Source of the DNA: Candidatus Eiseniibacteriota bacterium
GTDB taxonomy: Bacteria > Eisenbacteria > RBG-16-71-46
Assembly (NCBI GenBank): GCA_031366795.1
Contig: JANLOX010000473.1
Location: 1-27,133, forward strand
DNA: 27,133 nucleotides
Direction of reading: 5' to 3'
In this document: one piece after another, positions 1 to 8,266 of the stretch
Numbering within the stretch: position 1 is the stretch's first letter
Layout: the number at the start of each line of letters is the position of its first letter
Translations under genes and position numbers: made by a program
The notes under the pieces: model-generated
Told to the model about the DNA's origin: nothing
The model's input: only the letters and a program-made list of their open reading frames with translations
Databases searched by the model: none

Positions 1-912
1 CCACGCCTGGCGAAAACCCATGATGGCGCCCGCCGCGACGAACAGCAGCGAGCCCTCGAACGAGACCGTCAGGCGATTGAGCGTGAGCGGTTCACCCTTG
101 TAGGTGCCGAGCGAAATCCCCTGCGTGCCCCAGTTGGATTGAATTCGCGGGTAGCGAAACCAACCGCCGCCGGGCGCCACCCAGTTGCGGATCGGCGCCC
201 ACACGGGTGCTCCCGGGATCGCCACCTGCGTCAGGAACTTGAAGTCCGCGTCGCGCATCCAGGTGATCAGCCCGCCCACCAGTGCTGCGAGCCCCAGCGC
301 CTTGGCCTGCTGCTCGGCGGCGCCGCCCTTCGAATGGAGGCTGCGCAACGTGGTCGCGGCCGCGATGCCGCTGGGGAACGGCAGCTTCTCGACGTTGATC
401 ATCTGGCGCTTCGCCGGCACGGCGAGCACGACTCCCAGACCGGACACCACGATCACCCAGGCAACCAGGTACCAGTGGTTCGAGGGCACCGCGGCGGGGT
501 TCAACATCAGCAGCGCAGGCAGGGCATTGACAACGCCGGCGCCGGTCATCGAACCGGCGGCCGAAGCGGTCGACTGCATGGCGTTGTTCTCGAGGATGCT
601 GAACTCGGGAAAAAACTTGGGGAAGCGCCGGTGCACCGCCTGCGGAATCGCGCGGTACAGCGTCTGGCACATCACGAACGCCAGGATCGACGAGGTGATC
701 GCGGCCCCCATCGACCACCCGGCCTTCAGCCCGATGTAGACATTCGACAGGCACATCACCACACCCAGCACCATCCCGATCAAGGTCGAGCGAATGGTGA
801 GCTGCGGCATCGAATCGCCGGCGTAGACGTTCTGGAACCACTCGCGTTCGATCTGCTCCGGCGTCTGGGGAAGCGCAGCGCCGGCTTCCTTCATGGTTTC
901 GGTTGCGCTCAC
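1..912 (-). CDS. OPT-family oligopeptide transporter (partial, runs off the left edge)
   Basis: Absent from the ORF track because there is no stop in the window. Hand translation gives (V)SATETMKEAGAALPQTPEQIEREWFQNVYAGDSMPQLTIRSTLIGMVLGVVMCLSNVYIGLKAGWSMGAAITSSILAF...EGSLLFVAAGAIMGFRQAW. QLTIRS...N.Y.GLK.GW is the OPT N-terminal signature. GTG at 912 follows GAGG; ATG at 894 is an alternative start. Confidence 0.9.
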   Translation of the reverse strand, partial: MSATETMKEAGAALPQTPEQIEREWFQNVYAGDSMPQLTIRSTLIGMVLGVVMCLSNVYIGLKAGWSMGAAITSSILAFVMCQTLYRAIPQAVHRRFPKFFPEFSILENNAMQSTASAAGSMTGAGVVNALPALLMLNPAAVPSNHWYLVAWVIVVSGLGVVLAVPAKRQMINVEKLPFPSGIAAATTLRSLHSKGGAAEQQAKALGLAALVGGLITWMRDADFKFLTQVAIPGAPVWAPIRNWVAPGGGWFRYPRIQSNWGTQGISLGTYKGEPLTLNRLTVSFEGSLLFVAAGAIMGFRQAW

Positions 913-985
913 AGCCAAGCCTCTGGGAAGTGCGATAAAATATTGGGATGGGAAGTGAATCCCGCAGAATGTCGCCCGTTCCGGT

Positions 986-2300
986 TCAAAACGCCAGCGC
1001 CAGACCGAGCCGGACCTGGCGCCCCTCATCGACGACGGGCGGATCATGAACCGGGATCCATTCGGGCATCCCGTCGCCGTTGCGGTCCTGCAGGTAGGCG
1101 CCGCCGATACGCCCGGTCTCGGTGTAATACGCCCGATAATCGTCGCCCACGGCGTTCACGTTCGGGTTGAACACGGCCGCGTCATTCGGGGTCAGGTTCG
1201 CGATGTTCTCGGCGGACAGCACATTGCGCGCATCGACGTAGAGCGTGAGGTTCTGCCCCCACACGCGCAGGCCCCAATGCCCCGGATCGCGCAAAGTCGA
1301 GCCGAGCGACAGCGTGTGGCGCTGGTCCCAGTTGAGCGTGCTCTCGCCGATCGGCAGGTAGCGCCGGCCGCCATTGAAGAACAGCAGCGCTTCCGAGGGG
1401 TCCGAGGCGACGCCGGTCGCCAGCGAGTAAGTGTAGTTGAGGTCCGCCGAGAAGCGGTGGCTGAAACTCTTGGCGAGACTCGCCTCCACCCCGCGGGCGC
1501 TGGCGTAGTCACCGTTCGAGTACTGGTTCACGAGATTGCCGTACGGGTCCTTCTCCTGCCGCGCCGTGATGAGCCCGAAGATGTCCCGGAAGAACACCGC
1601 GAACTGTCCCGAGACATCGTTACTGAACAGGTGTTGGAGTGTCTGGTAGGTCCAGCCGTAGTGGAAGCTCAACACATCGCGCACTGAAATCGGGTAGGCC
1701 ACACCCAACCGCGGACTGACCTGCTGCTTGAAGCGGTGCCCGCTGGGCAATTCGTTCGCTGCGATCTGCTCGCCCGGGGTGAACACGTCGTAGCGCACCC
1801 CTGCGTTTAGCACGAGACCTTCGTACTGCCAACGGTCCTGCGCGTACCACGATCCCTCAGGCCACCGCGGACCCGCGCAGCGTGACGACGCTGTTGGAGT
1901 CCTGCCGCACCCACGCGGCGGTCAACTCGCCGAATGTGTTGTCGTTCGTCGGCGTGTGGTCGGCGAGATTCATCGCCATGGAATTGCTGTCCACCGGAAG
2001 CGCCGACCATGACCCGTAACGCGGCGTGATGGTCATCGAGCCGTCCCTGGCCAGGCTGGTATCCGGCCGCACTTGCACATATCCGCGCCGGCTCCACATG
2101 TGTTCGTACGGTGTCTCGAGCGTGTGATTGACCACGCTCTCGAGCGTCAGCTTGTCGCGCGAGCCGGGCCGGTACGCCAACTTGGCGGTCGAACGCAGCA
2201 CGTTCGACTGGCGATTGTCCAGGCTGATGAAGTCGAACAGCGTGTGCGTGGACGTAGATTGCGCCGAAGCCGGATAGGGATCCGCGAACGGGGTGCTACG
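986..2300 (-). pseudogene. TonB-dependent receptor-like outer-membrane beta-barrel pseudogene (frameshift plus internal deletions)
   Basis: Two frames: 2300..1857 (no start codon, TGA just upstream at 2301-2303) and 1861..986 (PEGSWYAQDRWQYEGLVLNAGVRYD...VSPRLGVAYPIS...ARGVEASL...LNYTYS.A.G...LNWDQRHTL...LYVDARNVL...GRQVRLGLALAF). These are typical TBDR barrel strands ending in a C-terminal Phe. No signal peptide or plug domain; only about 1.3 kb in total. Confidence 0.8.
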
Positions 2301-2380
2301 TCAACGACTTTCCCCGGCTCGATGATTTGTGCCGCGATGAATTGCGGCGCGGCGATCTCCGCTCCGCGCGGTGCCTGGGC

Positions 2381-3211
2381 TTAAGGATGTCTGGGAAAGG
2401 TGCGCACCATCTTCAACAGTTCATTGAGGTGGTCCCGCTCCGGCCCCTTCGGAGTCGCCGCCATCGCGGCCGCCAGGGCACGGCGCGCGGCCAGCTCGCG
2501 GGCGGAGTTCCGCGTGTGCGCCCAAGCCGAATAGCGTTCGTCGGCCGCGTGATCCGTCGCTTCGGGCCAGACAGGGTTCGAGGGCCGCGCCGTATCGCGT
2601 ACCTGCTCCCAGGCCACGGCGGCCGCATCGTGATTCTCCGCGCGGCTGCGCTGTTCCGCGACGACTGAAAGCGCCCGCGCGTGCTCCACGAGTCCATTGA
2701 GTCGAGCGGGCGATGCATAGACAACCGGCGGAGCCGTCGCAGCTTGCGGCGGTGTCGTCACGGCCGGCGGCGCCGTCGCTTTCGCGGCGTGGTTCGGGCG
2801 CCCCGGGAGGCCGGCGTTCGACTTGAGCATGCGGCTCGCGAGATCCTGGATCGACAGGCGCGGTTGAACGACCATGGTCAACCCCACGAGAACCGCGGCC
2901 ACGACGACGCCCCCAAGCACGAGGCGATGCGCGGCACTGGTGCCCTTGGGTCGCGCCGCATCGCCCTCGAGTGCCCACTCACCGCCCCGCATTGGACCGT
3001 CGACACGCCGCGTGAACGATTCGTAGAACGTCTCGCGACCACCGGCCTGTGCCGTTTGCCGCAGGTCCGGCTCAATCCGCGCCGCGAGCTCATTCAAGCG
3101 CCCGCGGCAGTCCAGGCAGGCATCGACGTGCTCCTGCACGTCACGCCGCGCTGCGACCGTCAACGCACCATCACTAAGTGCGAGCAGCGTTTCAGACGTC
3201 GGGTGGCTCAT
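2381..3211 (-). CDS. Zinc-finger (zf-HC2/ZAS) membrane anti-sigma factor, paralog B, 276 aa
   Basis: ATG at 3211 with GGAGA RBS (MSHPTSETLLALSDGAL). HVDACLDC matches HxxxCxxC. One TM segment (LVLGGVVVAAVLVGLTMVV), an Ala/Pro/Thr linker and a helical C-terminal domain paralogous to that of 3746..5053. Confidence 0.85.
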   Translation of the reverse strand: MSHPTSETLLALSDGALTVAARRDVQEHVDACLDCRGRLNELAARIEPDLRQTAQAGGRETFYESFTRRVDGPMRGGEWALEGDAARPKGTSAAHRLVLGGVVVAAVLVGLTMVVQPRLSIQDLASRMLKSNAGLPGRPNHAAKATAPPAVTTPPQAATAPPVVYASPARLNGLVEHARALSVVAEQRSRAENHDAAAVAWEQVRDTARPSNPVWPEATDHAADERYSAWAHTRNSARELAARRALAAAMAATPKGPERDHLNELLKMVRTFPRHP

Positions 3212-3745
3212 CGCTGTTCTCCATCGCGGTTCGACCACAAAGATTGCTGCCCCGCGCCGCAAGCGAATTCCCTCAACTCACAGTCTCTGTAGGAAGCCGT
3301 GATGCTCAGGAGATTACTGACGACGTTTGGGCTCGAACGGTTCGCAGCACGATGGTCGAACGGTGAGTGCGCGAGATACCAGCGAGTCACGCGCGCAGCC
3401 ACTCCAACAGCTCCCTGCCTTCGACCTCGTCCACCGTGTCATCATCCGGGGCCCGCAGAGTTCCGGCTTCGAGCAGCCCTTCACGCGCGGCATGCAGCCG
3501 GCGCTCACGGCCGCGAAACGCGGGGCGGACTCGGTTCACGGTGAATCGCGATTGCGCTCAAGGATACAACGGCGCGACCCCCCGCAGCGTGCGAATTGCA
3601 CTTCGAAGTAGGAAGCATCGAGAAAATAGCCGCGGAAACCGGGTCAAATCACCCATTCGCGCCGCGGAACCGGCCGCGCTCCCGAACGCTTGGCTCAGGA
3701 TTGCGATTGACCCGGGCCAGGAACACCCCAAGCCGCCCGCTAGGA

Positions 3746-5053
3746 TCAGGGGTGGTCCACGCCCTCGCGCACTCGCAGCAACATTGCTTCGAAGTGCTGG
3801 CGCCGCGGACCCTGCGGCAGCATGCCCATGACGCCGGAGAGCGCATCCCGAGCCGTGGCCGAACGCACCGGTGTCGCCGCGACCATCCATGCGGCGTAGC
3901 GCGCTCCAGCGATGCGCGCCTGCGCCTCGAAACGCCCTGGGCTGTTCGCTGCCTGGACCTCGCGCACACGCTCCCACGCCACCGCCGCGACATCGTGAGC
4001 GGCGGCGAGATTGCCTGCGCTCGCGATCACCGAAAGGCTCTCGGCACTGGCCACCAGCGGACGCGATGCGGGTGCCCAAGCAACGCCTGTCGCAGCCTTA
4101 TCCATCGAGGTCCGGCCACCCGAGAGCGACGGCGGCACGGCGAGTGCCTTGGTGGAATGCGTGGTTCCCGTTTCTTGCGCCTGCGGCTCGAGCGGAGCCG
4201 CACGTCTTCCTTTCAGCGAGCGCAAGAGTTCAGAACGCACCGCGCCGACTGCGTCAGCCGGCTTCCCGGCCGCGAGCGGCGCGGGCGCGGCATCCTGTAG
4301 CGCAAGCGCGTCCTTCGACGCCACGTCCTGGACCTTGCGCGAACCCGAGGGACGCTCCTCGCCCGCGCCATTGGGGATGACAGACTGCTGCGCCGTGGGA
4401 GCCGCTGCGAACTCCTTGCGCACCGCGCCCGTGGCATCGCCGCGTTCGTCACGCGAAGGCGCCTGCTGCGCCACCTGCTCCGGCGCCTCCGCTAACGTCG
4501 AGGGCCGCGGTGCGCTCTTCTTGGACTCCGTCCCAGCGGAGGGCGCTGCGGCAAACGGGGCAGTCGCGCCACCGTTCGCAGCCTGCGGCACGGTGGCCGG
4601 CTCCGGCCCCTGTTGCGGGATCGTTGGCGCCGCCTCCTGCTGCGCGTCGCGTTCGGCGAGTTGCGGGTTCGTCAGCACATTGCGGCGCGACTGCGATTGC
4701 TCGAGCGCGAGAATCCCGACCACAAGCAGCGCCGCCACACTCCCTGCGAAGGCCAGACCACGCGGCGTCCACAGCGCCGCCCACCAACCCGGTGCCACGC
4801 GCCGCGGGTTCACCGCCGCGGCATCTTCGGCGCCGATACGCTCGCTCACCCGGCTGGCGAACGACTCGAAATACGCCTCGCCCGGATCATGCTCGAGCGC
4901 CTGGAGGGTCAGCGCGTCCTGGGCGAGCAACGCCGCGAGGGCGCGCTGGCACTCGGCGCACCCTTCGAGGTGGCGCTCGGCGTCCGCGCGCTGCGCGTCG
5001 TTCAACGCCCCATCGAGGAGCGTGCCCAATGTTTCGGGCGAGAGGTGCTTCAT
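3746..5053 (-). CDS. Zinc-finger (zf-HC2/ZAS) membrane anti-sigma factor, paralog A, 435 aa
   Basis: True start MKHLSPETLGTLLDGAL at 5053, in an ATGA overlap with the sigma-factor stop, RBS GGAGA. HLEGCAEC matches HxxxCxxC. TM GLAFAGSVAALLVVGILAL, a long Ala/Pro/Gln-rich linker and a helical C-terminal domain. Confidence 0.9.
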   Translation of the reverse strand: MKHLSPETLGTLLDGALNDAQRADAERHLEGCAECQRALAALLAQDALTLQALEHDPGEAYFESFASRVSERIGAEDAAAVNPRRVAPGWWAALWTPRGLAFAGSVAALLVVGILALEQSQSRRNVLTNPQLAERDAQQEAAPTIPQQGPEPATVPQAANGGATAPFAAAPSAGTESKKSAPRPSTLAEAPEQVAQQAPSRDERGDATGAVRKEFAAAPTAQQSVIPNGAGEERPSGSRKVQDVASKDALALQDAAPAPLAAGKPADAVGAVRSELLRSLKGRRAAPLEPQAQETGTTHSTKALAVPPSLSGGRTSMDKAATGVAWAPASRPLVASAESLSVIASAGNLAAAHDVAAVAWERVREVQAANSPGRFEAQARIAGARYAAWMVAATPVRSATARDALSGVMGMLPQGPRRQHFEAMLLRVREGVDHP

Positions 5054-5643
5054 GTGACTTCTCCACTGCGGGCCTTGAGCCGCGATTTCAATTCGGCGCG
5101 TGCGCGCGACAACCGCGACATCACCGTGCCGATCGGGACATTCAGTGTTCGCGCGATCTCGTCGTAGGACTGGTCCTGCATGATGCGCAGCACGAGGATC
5201 GCCTGGTGCTGAGGCGAGAGCTCTGCGAAGCTCGCTCGCAGCTGGGCCAGTTGTTCGTTGCCCTCGACCTGCCCCACCGTATCGTCCACCGCCGCCCACT
5301 CATGTCCCGCCTCGAGCAGGGGCTCGAGCTCCGCCTCGGGCCGGCGCTTGCGCTGGCGAAACAGCGAGTAGGCCAGATTGACCGTGATGCGCGACAGCCA
5401 CGGGTACAACGGTTCGTCCGCCCGGAATGTCCCGATCGCGCGATACGCCCGCACAAACGCCTCCTGCGCAAGGTCGTCGGCATCCGCCGCGCGCCGCGTC
5501 AGCCCGTACGCCACCCGGTAGAGGGCGCGCTGGTAGCGCTTGACGATCGTCTCGAACGCGGCCTGCTCCCCGGCCTGGGCGGCGCGCACGAGAGCGGGAT
5601 CATCCGCCCCACCATCATGGATACGCTGCGCGGTCGCATTCAT
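5050..5643 (-). CDS. ECF-type RNA polymerase sigma-70 factor (RpoE/SigW-like), 197 aa
   Basis: Region 2 (AFETIVKRYQRALYRVAY...DADDLAQEAFVRAYRAIGTFR...PWLSRITVN) and region 4 (LSPQHQAILVLRIMQDQSYDEIARTLNVPIGTVMSRLSRAR). Coupled to a ZAS anti-sigma gene. Confidence 0.96.
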   Translation of the reverse strand: MNATAQRIHDGGADDPALVRAAQAGEQAAFETIVKRYQRALYRVAYGLTRRAADADDLAQEAFVRAYRAIGTFRADEPLYPWLSRITVNLAYSLFRQRKRRPEAELEPLLEAGHEWAAVDDTVGQVEGNEQLAQLRASFAELSPQHQAILVLRIMQDQSYDEIARTLNVPIGTVMSRLSRARAELKSRLKARSGEVT

Positions 5644-5676
5644 TCCGGGGAATCTTCGACGTTGGCGGGCAATAGC

Positions 5677-6387
5677 TTACGCCCTGCCCACGACCGCTCC
5701 CTGCAGCTCAGAGCGGGCCTCGGCCAGCGCTGCTGACGGATCGGTGGCGCGGGTGATGGCGCGGCCCAGCACCAGCATCCCCGCACCCGCGCGCACCGCA
5801 TCGCCGACGGTCGCGACGCGCTGCTGGTCGTCCTTGTTGCCGGACGCCGGCCGGATGCCCGGAGTCACAGCATAGAACGGCGCGGCGTGATGCGCGCGGA
5901 TGCCGGGCAGGTCGGCGGCGGAACACACGATGCCGTAAGCACCGGCGGCTTCCGCCATCTCAAGCTGTTGCGCCAGCACTCGGTGCAGCGCGAAGGGATG
6001 CGCGTAGCCGGGCGGCAGGGCTTCGGGATCGTGGCTCGTCAACAGCGTCACCGCGACGACGCGCGTCGTCCCCTGGGCGCGGGCGATGCCGTCAACGGCC
6101 GCCAGGATCATCTCGGCGCCACCGAGGGCGTGCAGCGTGAGCAATTCGGCGCCGAGCTTCGCGGCTTCACCCGCTGCGCCCTTCACGGTGTTCGGGATGT
6201 CATGCAGCTTGAGATCGAGGAACACGCGGCGGCCGCGCTCGCGCAGGGCGCGCACTGCCGCAGGGCCGGCGGCGGTGAAGAGTTGCAGGCCGATCTTGGC
6301 GAACTCGGGGCCCTCTCCCAGTGCGGCGTCCAACTTCAGCGCCTGTTCGATCGAGTCGACGTCGAAGGCGATGGCGATGTCGGTCAT
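5677..6387 (-). CDS. pyrF: Orotidine-5'-phosphate decarboxylase
   Basis: VFLDLKLHDIPNTV active-site motif, VTPGIRP, DDQQRV, LVLGRAIT. ATGA overlap with pyrD. Confidence 0.97.
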   Translation of the reverse strand: MTDIAIAFDVDSIEQALKLDAALGEGPEFAKIGLQLFTAAGPAAVRALRERGRRVFLDLKLHDIPNTVKGAAGEAAKLGAELLTLHALGGAEMILAAVDGIARAQGTTRVVAVTLLTSHDPEALPPGYAHPFALHRVLAQQLEMAEAAGAYGIVCSAADLPGIRAHHAAPFYAVTPGIRPASGNKDDQQRVATVGDAVRAGAGMLVLGRAITRATDPSAALAEARSELQGAVVGRA

Positions 6388-7391
6388 GCGAACGATGCCC
6401 TCCAGGCGGCGAGTGAACCGACGCCGCGCTCGCGCAACATGCGTTGCATTTCCTCGAGCACTCCGAGTGCAGCGCGCGGTCTCAAGAATGACGCGGTGCC
6501 GACCTGCACGGCGGCGGCGCCCGCGGCGATGAACTCGAGCGCGTCGCGCCCGGACATGATGCCCCCCGAACCGATCACCGGGATGCGCACGGCGTGAGCG
6601 GCTTCATGGCAGCGCGCCAGCGCCAGCGGCTTGATCGCGGGCCCCGACAACCCCGCGGTGGCGCGCGACAGCTTGGGCGCGCGATGTTCCAGGTCGATCG
6701 ACATACCGACGAAGGTGTTGACGGCGGTGATGCCATCGGCGCCGCCGGCCTCGCAGGCGCGCGCGAGGTCGCCGATCGAGGTAACGTCGGGTGACAGCTT
6801 GGCGATCAAGGCGCGCTTCGTCAGCGGGCGCAATAACTGGAGTGTGCGCTCGAGGCGCCGCGGCACGGCCCAGTAACGCGCTCCGCCCTTGGCCACGTTG
6901 GGGCAGGAGAAGTTCACTTCGATGCCCGCGATGCCGGGCTCGTTGCCGAGCGCGTCCAGCAATTCAGCCAATTCGGCTGCGGTCTCGCCGCCGATCGAGG
7001 CGACGACGGTGGCATGCATCGCCGCCAGCTTCGGCAGCTTCTCGGCTCGAAACACCGCGAGGCCGACGTTCTCGAGCCCAATGGTGTTGAGCATGCCGGC
7101 CGCGGTCTCGGCGATGCGCATGGGGGCGTTGCCCACGCGCGGCTTGAGCGTCACGGTCTTGGTCACCACGGCGCCCAGTGCGGCGGGATCCTGCGCGCGC
7201 GCGTATTCCTCGCCATAGCCATAGGTGCCCGAGCCGGTGAGGACCGGATTCGCCAGGCGCAACGGCCCGATGCGCACGCTGAGGTCCGGCGCAGCGGCGC
7301 GGCGCTTCGCGATTGGGCCGCGGGCGGGGCGCGAAGCACGTGCGGTGGCGACGCCGCGTGGGGCGGCTCTTGATGCGGTGCGCGTGGCCAT
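6384..7391 (-). CDS. pyrD: Dihydroorotate dehydrogenase class 1B, catalytic subunit, 335 aa
   Basis: NPVLTGSGTYGYG, VVTKTVT, GMLNTIGLENVG, EVNFSCPNV, AKLSPDVT, GLSGPAIKP. Start corrected to ATG at 7391 (TGATG overlap with the pyrK stop). Confidence 0.96.
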   Translation of the reverse strand: MATRTASRAAPRGVATARASRPARGPIAKRRAAAPDLSVRIGPLRLANPVLTGSGTYGYGEEYARAQDPAALGAVVTKTVTLKPRVGNAPMRIAETAAGMLNTIGLENVGLAVFRAEKLPKLAAMHATVVASIGGETAAELAELLDALGNEPGIAGIEVNFSCPNVAKGGARYWAVPRRLERTLQLLRPLTKRALIAKLSPDVTSIGDLARACEAGGADGITAVNTFVGMSIDLEHRAPKLSRATAGLSGPAIKPLALARCHEAAHAVRIPVIGSGGIMSGRDALEFIAAGAAAVQVGTASFLRPRAALGVLEEMQRMLRERGVGSLAAWRASFA

Positions 7392-8266
7392 CAGTGGATG
7401 CGCTCCCAATCGAGCGAGCGCGACTCGAACACCGGGCCCTCGGTGCAGCACATGGCGTAGTCGCGGTTCCCCAGCAGCGACGGTGCCGCGAAGGGGAATG
7501 CGTTTTGCCCTGCTGCGCTGCGAGGCAGCGGGCAGCCGCGGCAGACGCCCGTGCCGCACGCCATCACCGACTCCATCGCCAACCACGCCTCGCGTTCGTG
7601 CTGCATCGCCCAGCGCGCCGCAGCCTTGAGCATGGCGTGCGGCCCGCAGGCGTGCAGCACCACGTTCGCTCCAAGCGTCGCCACGACGCGCTCGAGCAAT
7701 TGGATCACGTTGCCGCGCAAACCGCGGCTGCCGTCCTCCGTGCATACGTGCAGCTTGCCGCCGAATCGCTTGAGCAACCGGCCTGCCTCCGCTAACCCCA
7801 CGAGACGCCCGCGGTCGCGGGCGCCGAACAGCAATTCGACGCGGCGGCCGCGTTGCGCGAGTTGATCCGCCGCGAACAGCAAAGGCGCCACGCCGCGGCC
7901 GCCCGCGATCAGCAGTGGCGTGCCGGGCCGTTCGAGCGGGAAGCCGCGACCGAGCGGACCCAGTACTTCAACGTGGTCGCCGGGGCGCAGCATGGCAAGC
8001 GCCTGCGTCCCAAGCCCCACGGCGGCGTAGAGAAACCCGATCGTCAACTGGCGTCCGCGGCGCGTCACCCCGGCGACGCTCATCGGCCGGGGCAGGAACG
8101 CCGGCCCGGTCGCGGGCGGCAACAACAGCTGCGCGAATTGACCGGGCGCGGGCGCCACGAATCCCACGGGCACATCGAGGTCCAACCAGAAGTGCCCGGC
8201 CCCATAGGGCCGTTGCTGCCGGACGGTCGCGTGGACCTGTCGCCAGGCGGGTGCCCCAGCGCTCAA
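7391..8266 (-). CDS. pyrK: Dihydroorotate dehydrogenase electron-transfer subunit
   Basis: PGQF, LPRPMSV (FAD), GPLGRGF, IAGGRGVAPL, ACGPHAML, and [2Fe-2S] cysteines MACGTGVCRGC...CCTEGPVF. Directly upstream of pyrD. Confidence 0.95.
   Translation of the reverse strand: MSAGAPAWRQVHATVRQQRPYGAGHFWLDLDVPVGFVAPAPGQFAQLLLPPATGPAFLPRPMSVAGVTRRGRQLTIGFLYAAVGLGTQALAMLRPGDHVEVLGPLGRGFPLERPGTPLLIAGGRGVAPLLFAADQLAQRGRRVELLFGARDRGRLVGLAEAGRLLKRFGGKLHVCTEDGSRGLRGNVIQLLERVVATLGANVVLHACGPHAMLKAAARWAMQHEREAWLAMESVMACGTGVCRGCPLPRSAAGQNAFPFAAPSLLGNRDYAMCCTEGPVFESRSLDWERIH

Noticed and set aside
92..1170. Track ORFs 92..841 (-), 139..1170 (+) and 185..739 (+)
   Set aside because: Arg/Gly-rich shadow frames of the OPT transporter gene, whose real frame is missing from the track because it has no stop in the window.
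3746..7745. N-terminally extended versions of anti-sigma A (to 5299) and PyrD (to 7745)
   Set aside because: The extensions overlap the sigma and pyrK genes out of frame. The ATGA and TGATG junctions define the real starts.
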